The notes: a model not told the origin generated them from the letters alone. A DNA stretch of 64,000 nt from Verrucomicrobiia bacterium (GCA_963664225.1 OY760937.1:2752001-2816000); one strand, 5' to 3'; positions 34,320 to 43,452 are shown, numbered from the stretch's first letter. Numbers and translations: made by a program.

Positions 34320-35198
34320 TCAGGCGGCTACAGCGGGCTGTTCTCCCGCTGTTGGCAGCTTGCCGCGGATGTAATCGGCGGCGCGTTGCGCGGCCGAAGC
34401 CGCCCGCACCAGAATCCGGCTGTCTTGCTGGAACACGCGCATCCAGCCTTCGATGTAGCTGGCCTGCAAGGCGTCCGTGCTCGCGTTCTGAATCCCCGCG
34501 AAGCCGCACAAGAAAGCCGCGCCGAATTCGGCCACCAGTTCCTCGAAAGAATATTTTTCAACAGGATCGCCTTCCGCCGTGGCGAAGCGGTTCAGGCGCC
34601 GCAGGTGTCCGCTGCCATGAATGAGCTCATGAAAAAGCGTTGCGTAGTATTCATCCGCGCTCTCGAACTGGCTCAAATGCGGCAGCGTGATACGGTCCAG
34701 CATCGGGTTATAGGCCGGGCTGCTGGTCACAGTGTGAACGATTTGCGGCTTGTCCGGCATCACTTCGAGCATCTGCTCGGCAATTTCCAGCCGACGGTTC
34801 GCCGGGTTCAGAACATCGTCCTCCGGGCGCGCAATCCCGTCGACTTGGTCGAGGTTGAACACGGCGCTGACGAATGGCATACATGGTGGCAGGTTTTCCT
34901 TGCCGGTTTCCTGTCGGCGTTTCTCCAATTCCGCCGCGGTGCGCCATTTCCAGTATATCACCAGGGTGGAGTGCTCGCCTTTGCGAACATGTCCGCCGAG
35001 GCGCTCCGCCTGGCGGTAGGTTACCCAGTAGCGGGAAGCGTACTCTCTGCCGCCCAGCACCAGGAGGTTCAAGCCCCGGTATTCCTTTCCGGTGTTCAAG
35101 CTCTTGGGCAGGCCGGTGCGCCAGGTCTTGCGCCAAGGGACCTGACCGGCAGCGAGTTGGTTCAAAATACGGCTGGTTACATTCTCGTAAATATTCAT
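34320..35198 (-). CDS. ardC: ArdC-family ssDNA-binding antirestriction protein
   Basis: VPWRKTW, YRGLN, WVTYRQA...GGHVRKGE, HELIH zincin motif, EELVAE. Confidence 0.92.
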   Translation of the reverse strand: MNIYENVTSRILNQLAAGQVPWRKTWRTGLPKSLNTGKEYRGLNLLVLGGREYASRYWVTYRQAERLGGHVRKGEHSTLVIYWKWRTAAELEKRRQETGKENLPPCMPFVSAVFNLDQVDGIARPEDDVLNPANRRLEIAEQMLEVMPDKPQIVHTVTSSPAYNPMLDRITLPHLSQFESADEYYATLFHELIHGSGHLRRLNRFATAEGDPVEKYSFEELVAEFGAAFLCGFAGIQNASTDALQASYIEGWMRVFQQDSRILVRAASAAQRAADYIRGKLPTAGEQPAVAA

Positions 35199-35281
35199 GA
35201 TTGTATTCTCCTTGTGTTTCCGTTTGAAAAGCGCCGCCGGTTTCATCCCGGCGGCAGGTGTGCAATGTTTTTTGGGCTGCC

Positions 35282-35719
35282 TCACAGCTCGCCGTGCTCA
35301 TAAAGCGAGTAGAAGGTTTCGTTCCCAACGATCAGGTGGTCCAGGATCGGAATGCCGAGCAACTCACCTGCTGCTTTCAGGCGCTGGGTCACAGCGCGAT
35401 CTTCGGTGCTGGGGGTGGTGTCTCCGGTCGGGTGGTTGTGGCCGACCACGAGCGCGTTGGCTCCGGCCACCACAGCGGCCTGGAAAATTTCCCGCGCGCC
35501 GACCAGACAGCTCGACGCGGTGCCTGTGGCAGCAACGTAATAGCCGACCACCTGCGTGCGAGAATCCAGCAGCAGCGCTACAAAATGCTCCCTGACATTA
35601 TCGGGCAGCACTTGCCGGATGAGCCGCGCGGCATGGTTGGGGGAATGCGCAGCGTCGAAGATCTCCCCTTTCTTTCCCCGGTATTTCAGCGTCAGTTCGC
35701 GAACATAGGTTACCGTCAT
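35282..35719 (-). CDS. radC: RadC-like JAB domain protein
   Basis: REHF, REIF, HNHPTGDTTPSTED and LDH motifs. Confidence 0.9.
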   Translation of the reverse strand: MTVTYVRELTLKYRGKKGEIFDAAHSPNHAARLIRQVLPDNVREHFVALLLDSRTQVVGYYVAATGTASSCLVGAREIFQAAVVAGANALVVGHNHPTGDTTPSTEDRAVTQRLKAAGELLGIPILDHLIVGNETFYSLYEHGEL

Positions 35720-35764
35720 ATCAAGCCTCCAAAAGTTTGCCCCACCGCCTCCCCAGAAGAACAT

Positions 35765-36013
35765 TCCCCTGGAGTGGGGGGCGGGGGTGTTTTCGCGACC
35801 CGGTTCAAACACCCCCGCCCCCCACTTCAGGGGATTTAAAAACAACCAGGCCAGCCCGCAGGGATGACCACTTAGGAATGAGGCGGAGTCGGGGCGGATG
35901 AAGCGGAGGCGAATGGAAATGCAAGGCGTGACAGTTTCCTGCTGGCGCGCCTTGCCCATTCGCCGAAGCGCCGCCTCGCGGAGCCCAATGAAAAAGATCG
36001 CCCGTCAGGGCGA
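35765..36013 (+). promoter_or_regulatory. GC-rich stem-loop cluster upstream of radC-ardC (candidate ssDNA promoter or ssi)
   Basis: 28-bp stem 35765-35834 with one G-T pair; nested stems 35880-35977; hairpin 35998-36013. Confidence 0.5.
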
Positions 36014-36094
36014 GACCTTGAATGGGAGGTGAGTAAGCCAGCTCGGGAGGACTGATGGCTGGCGGTTCCAATCGCTCACTGCAGGACGGAATTA

Positions 36095-36108
36095 TTCGGA
36101 CGTCCGAA
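36095..36108. promoter_or_regulatory. Candidate parS palindrome TTCGGACGTCCGAA (second copy at 29722-29735)
   Basis: Perfect 14-bp palindrome 45 bp downstream of parB, with an identical copy inside the coupling-protein gene. Confidence 0.65.
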
Positions 36109-36153
36109 GTTGGGCGGCTTTCTTCTGTTCAAACTCGAGATAACCCTGCCCTT

Positions 36154-36969
36154 TCAACTCCGCGTCCTTTCGCTGGCAAGCGCCTGTTCGAGGGCAGCCA
36201 CAACGCGTGTAATCGTCGCCTCGCCTTGCTTGAATCGAATCGTCACGGTTGCAGTGTCCAGCGCGATGGTGACGGGGGCATTACGCCTTTTGACAGGCTT
36301 ACCCTGCTGCTTGGCAGCACGGACTTGGCGTGTGGTCATGTTGCCCGCTTGGGCCTGCTGCCAGAGGGTGCGTTGCTGCTCTGGATCGGATACCTTGGCA
36401 ATTTCGAGCAGCACCGATTTGTTGATATGTTCGGAAGTCTGCACCTCAGCCAGGAGGTCCGGGCTGAGTTGGAGAATACGCAGCGTTTCGTTCATCGAAC
36501 TCGGCGCCATGCCCAAACGCTTCGCCAGCGCACTCTGGTCCAGGTTAAATTCGTCCTGCAATCGTTTAAACGCCCTGGCCTCCTCCAAGGGGTGTAGATC
36601 CTTGCGATGCAGGTTCTCGATAAGTTGCAGTGCCAGCCGCGATTGTTCCTCCACCGTTCGGACGATGCAGGAAACCGATTCCGAATTCAGGGTGCGACAG
36701 GCAGCGAAACGCCGTTCCCCGGCCAGGATACGGTATCGCCCACCGTCCACCGCTTCGACAATTATCGGTTGAAGCAGGCCATGTTCACGGATGGACAGGG
36801 CGAGCTCGGTGAGGTCGCCCAGGTCCTTTCGTGGTTGATGGGGATCCGGATCGATTAATGACAACGGGATGGAGACCAGTTGCGGTTCATCCCGGCCGGT
36901 TGGGTCGAAGTTCAGGACGGCGTTGCCCGAGGCCTGTCGGGCGAGCCGGTCTTTCAGGGCGATGGCCAT
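36154..36969 (-). CDS. parB: ParB/RepB/Spo0J partition protein
   Basis: QPRK, GLLQPI, AGERRF and ENLHRKDL motifs plus HTH. Confidence 0.93.
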   Translation of the reverse strand: MAIALKDRLARQASGNAVLNFDPTGRDEPQLVSIPLSLIDPDPHQPRKDLGDLTELALSIREHGLLQPIIVEAVDGGRYRILAGERRFAACRTLNSESVSCIVRTVEEQSRLALQLIENLHRKDLHPLEEARAFKRLQDEFNLDQSALAKRLGMAPSSMNETLRILQLSPDLLAEVQTSEHINKSVLLEIAKVSDPEQQRTLWQQAQAGNMTTRQVRAAKQQGKPVKRRNAPVTIALDTATVTIRFKQGEATITRVVAALEQALASERTRS

Positions 36970-37724
36970 AAGTTTTGTATTTCCTCTGTGAGTTGTTGAT
37001 AATCATTGGCTGCACGGCTGTGTTTCGCGTAGGCGACCACGTCGCGTGGTGTGTCCTCGGTCTGCGCACGATTGAGCACCTCGCATCGGGCGATGCGCGT
37101 GGCCAGGAGTTGATCCCGCAAGGGCTCGAGAGCGCGCTCCACCAAGTCGTTGGTCACCGTTGCCTGCGCCATCACCATGGTGAGCAGGATGCGGTAATCC
37201 CAGATGCCGTTGAACTGCTTCACGCTGCGAAGGATTTCGAGCAGGTCACCCAAACCGCGCAGGGCGTAACCCGAAGGCTGCGTCGGAACAAGAAAGTGCC
37301 TGGCCGCCACCATCGCGTTGACAGGCAGAACGCCTAACGTGGGCTGGCAATCAATAAGCACGTAGGCGAATCCTTGAAGGCCCTCGAGGGCGTGGAGCAG
37401 CCGCTGCTCGCGAAAGTGCCGGGTGTGCAACAGCGAATCTGCTTTGGAAAGGCTGAGGGCGGCGGGCACCAGCTTGAGCGCTGGCAGGTAAGTCTCAGCG
37501 ATGGCAGCCTCAATCTTCGCCGACTCCGACAACAACACATCGCCGATCGTCCGTCCGGAGAACTGCTCCGGGTCGAGGCCAAGGCCAATGGTCGCGTGCG
37601 CCTGCGGGTCAAGATCGATCAGCAGGGTTGGGCGTCCGGAGCGGGCCAGGCCGGCGGCCAGGTTGACTGCGGTGGTGGTCTTTCCGACGCCCCCCTTCTG
37701 GTTGATGATGGCGATGGTTCTCAT
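36954..37724 (-). CDS. parA: ParA/Soj ATPase
   Basis: NQKGGVGKTTT, DLDPQ and IDCQP motifs. Confidence 0.95.
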   Translation of the reverse strand: MRTIAIINQKGGVGKTTTAVNLAAGLARSGRPTLLIDLDPQAHATIGLGLDPEQFSGRTIGDVLLSESAKIEAAIAETYLPALKLVPAALSLSKADSLLHTRHFREQRLLHALEGLQGFAYVLIDCQPTLGVLPVNAMVAARHFLVPTQPSGYALRGLGDLLEILRSVKQFNGIWDYRILLTMVMAQATVTNDLVERALEPLRDQLLATRIARCEVLNRAQTEDTPRDVVAYAKHSRAANDYQQLTEEIQNLWPSP

Positions 37725-39631
37725 GCGTGGGCCTCCTGTGTTCCGGAATCAGCCACATTGCCGCTGCCGAAGCGGTGCAGATTCCTCTGTGTATCCCATT
37801 CCCAAAATCCCAGGACAGGATGCTGCGCGTGTTTGTCGAAGAAATCCACGAACGCCAACAACCGGTTCTTCTCACTGTCGAAACGCGCCAGCCACTCGGC
37901 GGAGGTCAGAAACGGACTGCTGCTTAACGAGTGACGGGATTGGCGCCGGTCTTCGGCGAAAGCTTCGTAAAGCTCCGGGTTGGTCCGCTGTAGTTCTGCC
38001 TCGGCCTGCCGCAGGTATTGCATGTATTCGGGTGTAAACGTCGCCTGGTGAGCCGCCCGGGCCTTCCCGAGGGCCTCCGTTTGGCGCGCCGAGATTTCGC
38101 CCTGGAGCACTCGCAGAAACCGGTCACCGTAAAGCACAAGCGCCATTGACAGGTTCGGCTTGGCCCGCAGGTCGCCTTGGTGTTTATCCCGCATCAGCCG
38201 ACCAAAGCGGCGGCCCCATTCTGGGACCATCGCTTCGTTGCGCTGCAGCGTTAGCAGGCGCGCGACGAACTTCGCCGCCATTTCGATGTCCTTGGGGAAG
38301 GGTTCCGTGGCGGCCTCGCCGACATACGCGTGATAACCGGCGTAGTAGTGACTGGCGAAGGTGCGGCCCAGGCGCAGCCCCAAGTCCTCGACTGCGCCTT
38401 CTGGTTTGGGCCAGTCCTGCTCAATGGAGCGGCGGAGGAGCCCCAAGCGGTTGTGCGCCGCACCACGCAACGGGAGCCAGTCAATCTGTCGATGGATGAC
38501 ATCCCGATCATGCCGACTGGTGAGCAGCCGTGCCGTCGCCGGATCGAAACCAGCCTGTATGAGCAAATCATAACTGGCAGCAGCAGCAGGAACCTCAAAG
38601 TTGGCACCCTTGGCAACCGGTGTTTTTCCTGCTGTTGTTTTATGTTCTGTTTTAAGTTCTTCTTTTATGTTTATACCGTTCACCTTTTTGTACTCTCCTC
38701 CGTTCACTATTTTGAACTGGTTCCGTTCACCTTTTTGTATTGAAGTTCCGTTCACCTTTTTGAACTGGCATCCCTCGCCTGCGCCCTCATCCCGCGTTTG
38801 CGCGTGTGAGACCGCCTCCGGTTGAACCAGCATCCGGCCATTGCCATTTGCCCAACGGATTCCATAGGTCGCCGCCCGGCTCCCCTGTCCGGCCACGGGG
38901 TCAAAGCAGCCCGCGTCCACCGGGTCGAGGTAGCCCCGATGACACGCCTCGACCACCGCCGCATGCACATGCTGGCGCGACAGCCGGGTCAGCCGGCTCA
39001 ACTCGGTGATCGAACAGCTCACTGGCACTCGACGCTCTCCGCCCGGTCCCCATTGGATGGAGCGGAACAACAGGGTGCCCACCACCCGGATGACCGAGCG
39101 CCGCTCGCGCGGCAGCAGGTAGTCGAAAAATGCATTCGGGATGTTTTTTCGTGACGCCTTCGGGCGTCGGATTACCCGGGTTCCATCCTGTTCCTCCAGC
39201 AGCATCGCATCCGGGTAATAGAAGCCCCGAAACTGCTCCAGTGTGTGCGCGTGCTGGTCCGACGGGTCCCAGCACAGCGCGTACGTCGCACCTTCAACGT
39301 AACGATGTTCGAACTGCGGCGAGGAGGCCGGAAGTCGGCAGAGAAACCGGTTGGCCACGGCTTCCTGAATCGCTCCAGCCACTGCCCCGCGCGAGACACC
39401 GGCCTGCTCGACGAGTTCCTGGTAGGTGAACCGTAACTGTTCGCGGGTGGGATTACCCTGGTCGTCCACCCAGCCCAGAAGCTTGCGCAACACGTAACCT
39501 GCTATGCAAATCGCGCCGCGCGAGGAGTTGGGAATGACCACCGTGAAGAATTGGATGGGCGTGAACGTGACGTTGGCCCGGAAGTCTGGGAAGCCAGGAA
39601 ACTCGGGATTGGCCGTCACCTCGTGGGTCAT
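37721..39631 (-). CDS. Putative replication initiator with two winged-helix-like repeats
   Basis: Duplicated module (TPIQFFTVVIP...TYQELVEQAGVSR / IPNAFFDYLLP...SITELSRLTRLSR); internal iteron-like DNA repeats; start of parA overlaps its stop. Confidence 0.65.
   Translation of the reverse strand: MTHEVTANPEFPGFPDFRANVTFTPIQFFTVVIPNSSRGAICIAGYVLRKLLGWVDDQGNPTREQLRFTYQELVEQAGVSRGAVAGAIQEAVANRFLCRLPASSPQFEHRYVEGATYALCWDPSDQHAHTLEQFRGFYYPDAMLLEEQDGTRVIRRPKASRKNIPNAFFDYLLPRERRSVIRVVGTLLFRSIQWGPGGERRVPVSCSITELSRLTRLSRQHVHAAVVEACHRGYLDPVDAGCFDPVAGQGSRAATYGIRWANGNGRMLVQPEAVSHAQTRDEGAGEGCQFKKVNGTSIQKGERNQFKIVNGGEYKKVNGINIKEELKTEHKTTAGKTPVAKGANFEVPAAAASYDLLIQAGFDPATARLLTSRHDRDVIHRQIDWLPLRGAAHNRLGLLRRSIEQDWPKPEGAVEDLGLRLGRTFASHYYAGYHAYVGEAATEPFPKDIEMAAKFVARLLTLQRNEAMVPEWGRRFGRLMRDKHQGDLRAKPNLSMALVLYGDRFLRVLQGEISARQTEALGKARAAHQATFTPEYMQYLRQAEAELQRTNPELYEAFAEDRRQSRHSLSSSPFLTSAEWLARFDSEKNRLLAFVDFFDKHAQHPVLGFWEWDTQRNLHRFGSGNVADSGTQEAHA
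38676..38762. repeat. Four iteron-like direct repeats CCGTTCACCTTTTTG next to an AT-rich tract
   Basis: Copies start at 38676, 38700 (2 mismatches), 38723 and 38748; T-rich tract at about 38633-38675. Confidence 0.85.
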
Positions 39632-39634
39632 AGC

Positions 39635-39859
39635 TCAACGCTCCTCGGAAACAGCCGCTACCGTTGCCGGTGACTGCGGCGGCTGCGTGGATGGCGGCAG
39701 GGGACGCCCGTTCCGCTCGGCGTGTTCACGCACAATTTGATTGATGCAGAAACTCCTGTCGCGGTCTTCCTTTTCTGCCAACTCGTGAAGGTAGTCCAGC
39801 ACCGCCACTTCGAGGGTAACGCCGGCTGAGCGAGTGAAACGTCGTCTGCGCGAACTCAT
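39635..39859 (-). CDS. Ribbon-helix-helix (CopG-like) regulator
   Basis: GVTLEVAVLDYLHELAEKEDRDRSFCINQIVREH fits the RHH pattern; lies directly upstream of the rep-like gene. Confidence 0.75.
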   Translation of the reverse strand: MSSRRRRFTRSAGVTLEVAVLDYLHELAEKEDRDRSFCINQIVREHAERNGRPLPPSTQPPQSPATVAAVSEER

Positions 39860-40197
39860 TGGTCTCCTCCTTGCGAAGTCTCCATGGTTCTCGTAGCACA
39901 CCACGACCGGGCATGACAAGGGGCCTTCCATTGTGCGAGTGTCGGTAATTTCATGTCATTGGTTATTCCGTTGGAATACCGCTTGCCGTTGCAAAAATCT
40001 TTATAATAGCGGTCAGATGCTCGTTTGCCTGGGGTGGTCGCGCATCCGCCCGCTTCTGGCGAAGGCACATCCACTCGCTTCTGGTCCAAACCGTGTCTCA
40101 TATTTTCCGCTACCAACGCCGGGCGGGAAGTGCTACGCATGGCACAGTGGGAGGTTTTGTTCTCCCCCAAACGTGAGGATTGCCCACGCAATCTTTG

Positions 40198-41175
40198 ACG
40201 TCGTTGTGATCGGCGCTGATACCCGGCAAACCTGGCTCACCACCAGGCTAAGGGGATGGTCTTACCAACCGTCATTTCAGTGTCCCGTAGAGCGTGGTGC
40301 CACGAGAGTGGCCCGCCACGTTCGAGGGAGGCTTTCGGAAGTAATCCCGCCTTACCAGCGGAGTAATCTCCGGATTCTATCCCATAGCGAGATGGTGCTC
40401 GTGAATGCGGGCGAGCGGGACACGCCGGTTGCTGAAATGCAGCCGGTCGGTCCTGTCCAAAATGGGTGCGTCGTGCCCGGGAGCATGGCAAATCCCTCGG
40501 CGGGAATCGGACCAAAGCCGCAAGGCCAATCGGGTGCAAGGCTCGACAGGTTCGTTTAACGCGCGCTGGCGTCGGGAGCTTCCCGGTGGCAACACCGAGG
40601 AACCGGAGGCCGACAACCTCCGGGGTTCTGCCCAAACAGCAGACCGTGAAAAGCTCAACGATGAGAGGGGCGTCAAGCCCTTGCCAGTTAACGACAGCAG
40701 AGACGGAGCCGAATCGGCGAAGTTCAACCAGGGTGGGTAAGGGGGCGCTTCTGTATTCTATCCCCTGAAATCAGTCCCGCAGTGGGACTGGAAACCATGC
40801 CGGGGCGGGAGCCTCGGACATGCCTGGTGAGCGTGGACGCTTGCGCGTCCAGCCAACGTGACTGCTGTGGTGAAGGACAGGAATAACCGCGCAAGGAGTG
40901 TGGCGGCCGGAGTGGTATCCGGTGCCGGCGTGTCAGCCGGTGCTTCAATAGCCGCACTCTGATGAGAGTGCTCCAAGTAGGACCAGGCAGAGCCTGGACC
41001 CAATCGCCTTCGGCTTTCGAGCCGAAGGCAGGGTGTCACTCCAGCAAGGCAGTTGGAGCGGCGGGTGCGCGTCAACGGGTGGTGCCGGGCGCAATAGCAC
41101 ACACGAAAGGGGTGACGGGATAAATCGGTCACAACGATGTGGTGGGCAGGTGGATTCAAACTCCACCTGCCCGCT
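40198..41175 (+). ncRNA. Candidate large, highly structured non-coding RNA (about 950-1000 nt)
   Basis: 16-bp closing helix 40198-40213/41125-41140 with 3 G-U pairs; nested long-range helices; more than 15 short hairpins, several with GNRA loops; no credible ORF. Confidence 0.75.
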
Positions 41176-41528
41176 GCCTGACCGACAAAGATTTGCGTTC
41201 CGCGCATCGTTCCTGGGGACAGGCCACGATGCATGGAAGGCAGCCTTATACATTGGAGAAACAGCCATGAGTGGGTGAACGAAGAGGATTTACGCACCCG
41301 CTACCGCCATAGATGGGCAACTGCAACACTGGAATGCAGCGCGCGCGCCGTGATGGCACGCCCGAGGAACCTGCGCTTTGCGTGGACCAGAGGTTCTGAG
41401 ACGGGCTTGCGGGCGGCGCGTTATTTGAGCGAGTGACAGGCTGCAAGAAGGTTACGGCTTTCGGGAGGTTGCGCCGCATAAGCAACCTTCCACCCTTTAG
41501 ACGCCATAACACTGTTTGGAGGTGTGGT

Positions 41529-42158
41529 ATGGCGTATCGGTGTGTGGCGGTTTCCGTGGCCGGATTCGTCCAGCAACTGGCCGTGGCTTACGTGGCCAAT
41601 GGATACTGGTTTTACGTGATGGGCCGGGTGCCGGATCCCAAAGATCCGGCCAGCCTCGACCACAAGATGGTGACGCAATACGGGATCGATGTCTCGAAGT
41701 GGACGCGGGCGCGCTGCAAGAAAACGGGTCAGGCGCGCGTGCAGTATCTTCGATACGGCCGGTTCTTTGTGGTTCTTGCAACCCACGGAGAGCATCCGTT
41801 CTTCGCCGTGGAGGGCAAGCAGGTCCGGGATCTCCGGCGGCATCCCCTCCATTTCATGGGTTATGCGATCAGTTGCCGTCAGGGACGCGATGGCAAGACC
41901 TGGCACCCCTCAGTCCGAATCGATCGCGGCTTGTGCCTCGAATTGAAGGCCCGTTTCGCTGCGCTCGCCGTGCATCGGACGGTCGAGGAGTTGTGCCGCG
42001 AACTGAGGCGGATTGATTTTGAGCCCTACGCGCCCGTCCGCGATCAACTCCGCGGCATCCTTCGGGCCGTGAACCGCCGCCGCAAAGCCGCCGGGCTGGA
42101 ACTGGTGCCCCGGGAAGCGCTCTGGCTGCGGCGAATGCCGGTCAAGCCATTCGGATAA
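41529..42158 (+). CDS. Basic hypothetical protein
   Basis: GGAGGT RBS, then MAYRCVAVSVAGFVQQLAVAYVANGYWFYV; Arg- and aromatic-rich. Function unknown. Confidence 0.75.
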   Translation: MAYRCVAVSVAGFVQQLAVAYVANGYWFYVMGRVPDPKDPASLDHKMVTQYGIDVSKWTRARCKKTGQARVQYLRYGRFFVVLATHGEHPFFAVEGKQVRDLRRHPLHFMGYAISCRQGRDGKTWHPSVRIDRGLCLELKARFAALAVHRTVEELCRELRRIDFEPYAPVRDQLRGILRAVNRRRKAAGLELVPREALWLRRMPVKPFG

Positions 42159-42164
42159 CCTGTG

Positions 42165-42344
42165 CTACTGAAGATAGCCCAATTCGCGCAAAGATAGGAA
42201 ATCCCTGGAACGTTCGGTGGTGGCCTGACCTAGGATGATATGGTCCAGAACCTCGATTTTGAGCAATTGGCCCGCTCGGACCAGTTCGCAGGTGACTTTG
42301 ATGTCAGCCGCACTAGGTGTGGGGTCGCCACTGGGATGATTGTG
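42165..42344 (-). pseudogene. radC: 3' fragment of radC interrupted by the RIT element
   Basis: Translates as [18 protein letters not shown]...VLDHIILG...LRELGYLQ*. Confidence 0.9.
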
Positions 42345-42438
42345 TTATGTGAAGAGCGGATTTATGTGGAGCAGGAGGGCTAAATCGATGGGCAGAGGCT
42401 TTGGTGTCGCGGCTTCGCGGTTTCGGCGCTTCACATAA

Positions 42439-43452
42439 TTACAGCTTGGATAGCCACGATAGGAGTTCATCATCGTTCCGCCAGGAGCGTCGGCCCGTTG
42501 CCTTCGCGGGGATCAGTTTCTCCACCGACTTAAGTGTTTTGCGTTTCATCTCCAGATCAATCTCGACATAGCCGTTGGTGGTTTCGATGGAAGCGTGGCC
42601 CAGCCAGGACCGGATCATATTCAGGTCCACGTTGGACTGAAGCAGGTGCATCGCGGTGGTGTGACGCCAGGTATGAGGAGTAACCCGTCTGGTGAGCAGC
42701 GAGGGACAAGTATTCGCCGCTTCAGCGACGCGCTCGGCGATGATGTAGCGCACCCCAAAACGGGTGAGGCGGCTGCCTTCGCGGTTGACGAAAAGCGGCG
42801 TTGCCTCATCGAGACGCACGCCACGTTTTTCTAAATACGCTTTGAGAGCGGTGACGGTTTCCGTCCAGAGTGGACAGGTGCGCTCTTTCCGACCTTTGCC
42901 GTGGATGAGAACGGTGTGCGGACGGCTGAACCGCAGATGGTTCACGTCCAGATCAACGAGTTCAGACACGCGCATCCCGGTGTTGTAAAGCAAGCGCAGC
43001 AGGGCGTCATCACGCTGTCCTTGCATCGTCCGGCCATCAATGCCGGCAAAGATTTTGAGCACTTCATCCCGTTCCAAATAGTTGGCGACGTGGTATGATC
43101 GGCGTTTAAACGGCACTGCCAGGATGGTCTGGGCCTGGGCAATGTGACGCGGGTCAATGCTGGCCAGGTAATTGAAAAAAGCATGGAGGGCGGCCAGCCG
43201 GGCATTACGAGTCGGGACGCTGTTTTTGCGGATTTCCTCCAGATGTTTCATGAAGGCACGAACCGCATCGGCAGTCAGGTCTTCCAGAGTCAGGGTGGTG
43301 CAGGTTTTCCGATGTCGGCGACAAACGAACTCCAGAAAGAGCTTCATGGCATCCCGGTAGGCCAGCACGGTATGGCCGCTGAGGCCGCGCTGGGAAAGCA
43401 GGTGTTGCTCAAAGAACCCGCGCATGGGTGTTGCGATGTCAGTCTTTGTCAT
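42439..43452 (-). CDS. Tyrosine recombinase (RitC-like)
   Basis: TGMRVSE, HGKGRKER, HTWRH and LGHASIETTNGY motifs. Confidence 0.93.
   Translation of the reverse strand: MTKTDIATPMRGFFEQHLLSQRGLSGHTVLAYRDAMKLFLEFVCRRHRKTCTTLTLEDLTADAVRAFMKHLEEIRKNSVPTRNARLAALHAFFNYLASIDPRHIAQAQTILAVPFKRRSYHVANYLERDEVLKIFAGIDGRTMQGQRDDALLRLLYNTGMRVSELVDLDVNHLRFSRPHTVLIHGKGRKERTCPLWTETVTALKAYLEKRGVRLDEATPLFVNREGSRLTRFGVRYIIAERVAEAANTCPSLLTRRVTPHTWRHTTAMHLLQSNVDLNMIRSWLGHASIETTNGYVEIDLEMKRKTLKSVEKLIPAKATGRRSWRNDDELLSWLSKL

Noticed and set aside
33993..35303. 436 aa + strand ORF
   Set aside because: Antisense shadow of ardC.
38676..38762. CRISPR array
   Set aside because: 15-bp repeats with 8-10 bp gaps inside a gene and no cas genes; iterons fit better.
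40198..41140. Group I or II intron, RNase P RNA or retron as the identity of the structured region
   Set aside because: I found no group II domain V, no RNase P GAGGAAAGTCC motif, no interrupted host gene and no reverse transcriptase nearby. A covariance search is still needed to exclude these formally.
41141..41175. tRNA or tmRNA suggested by a T-loop-like TTCAAAC hairpin
   Set aside because: No cloverleaf, acceptor stem or CCA end; the GGGGATG at 40252 pairs internally with 40758-40766 instead.
39933..41436. Several short overlapping ORFs across the structured region
   Set aside because: None has a recognisable motif or clear RBS; they are expected by chance in GC-rich DNA.
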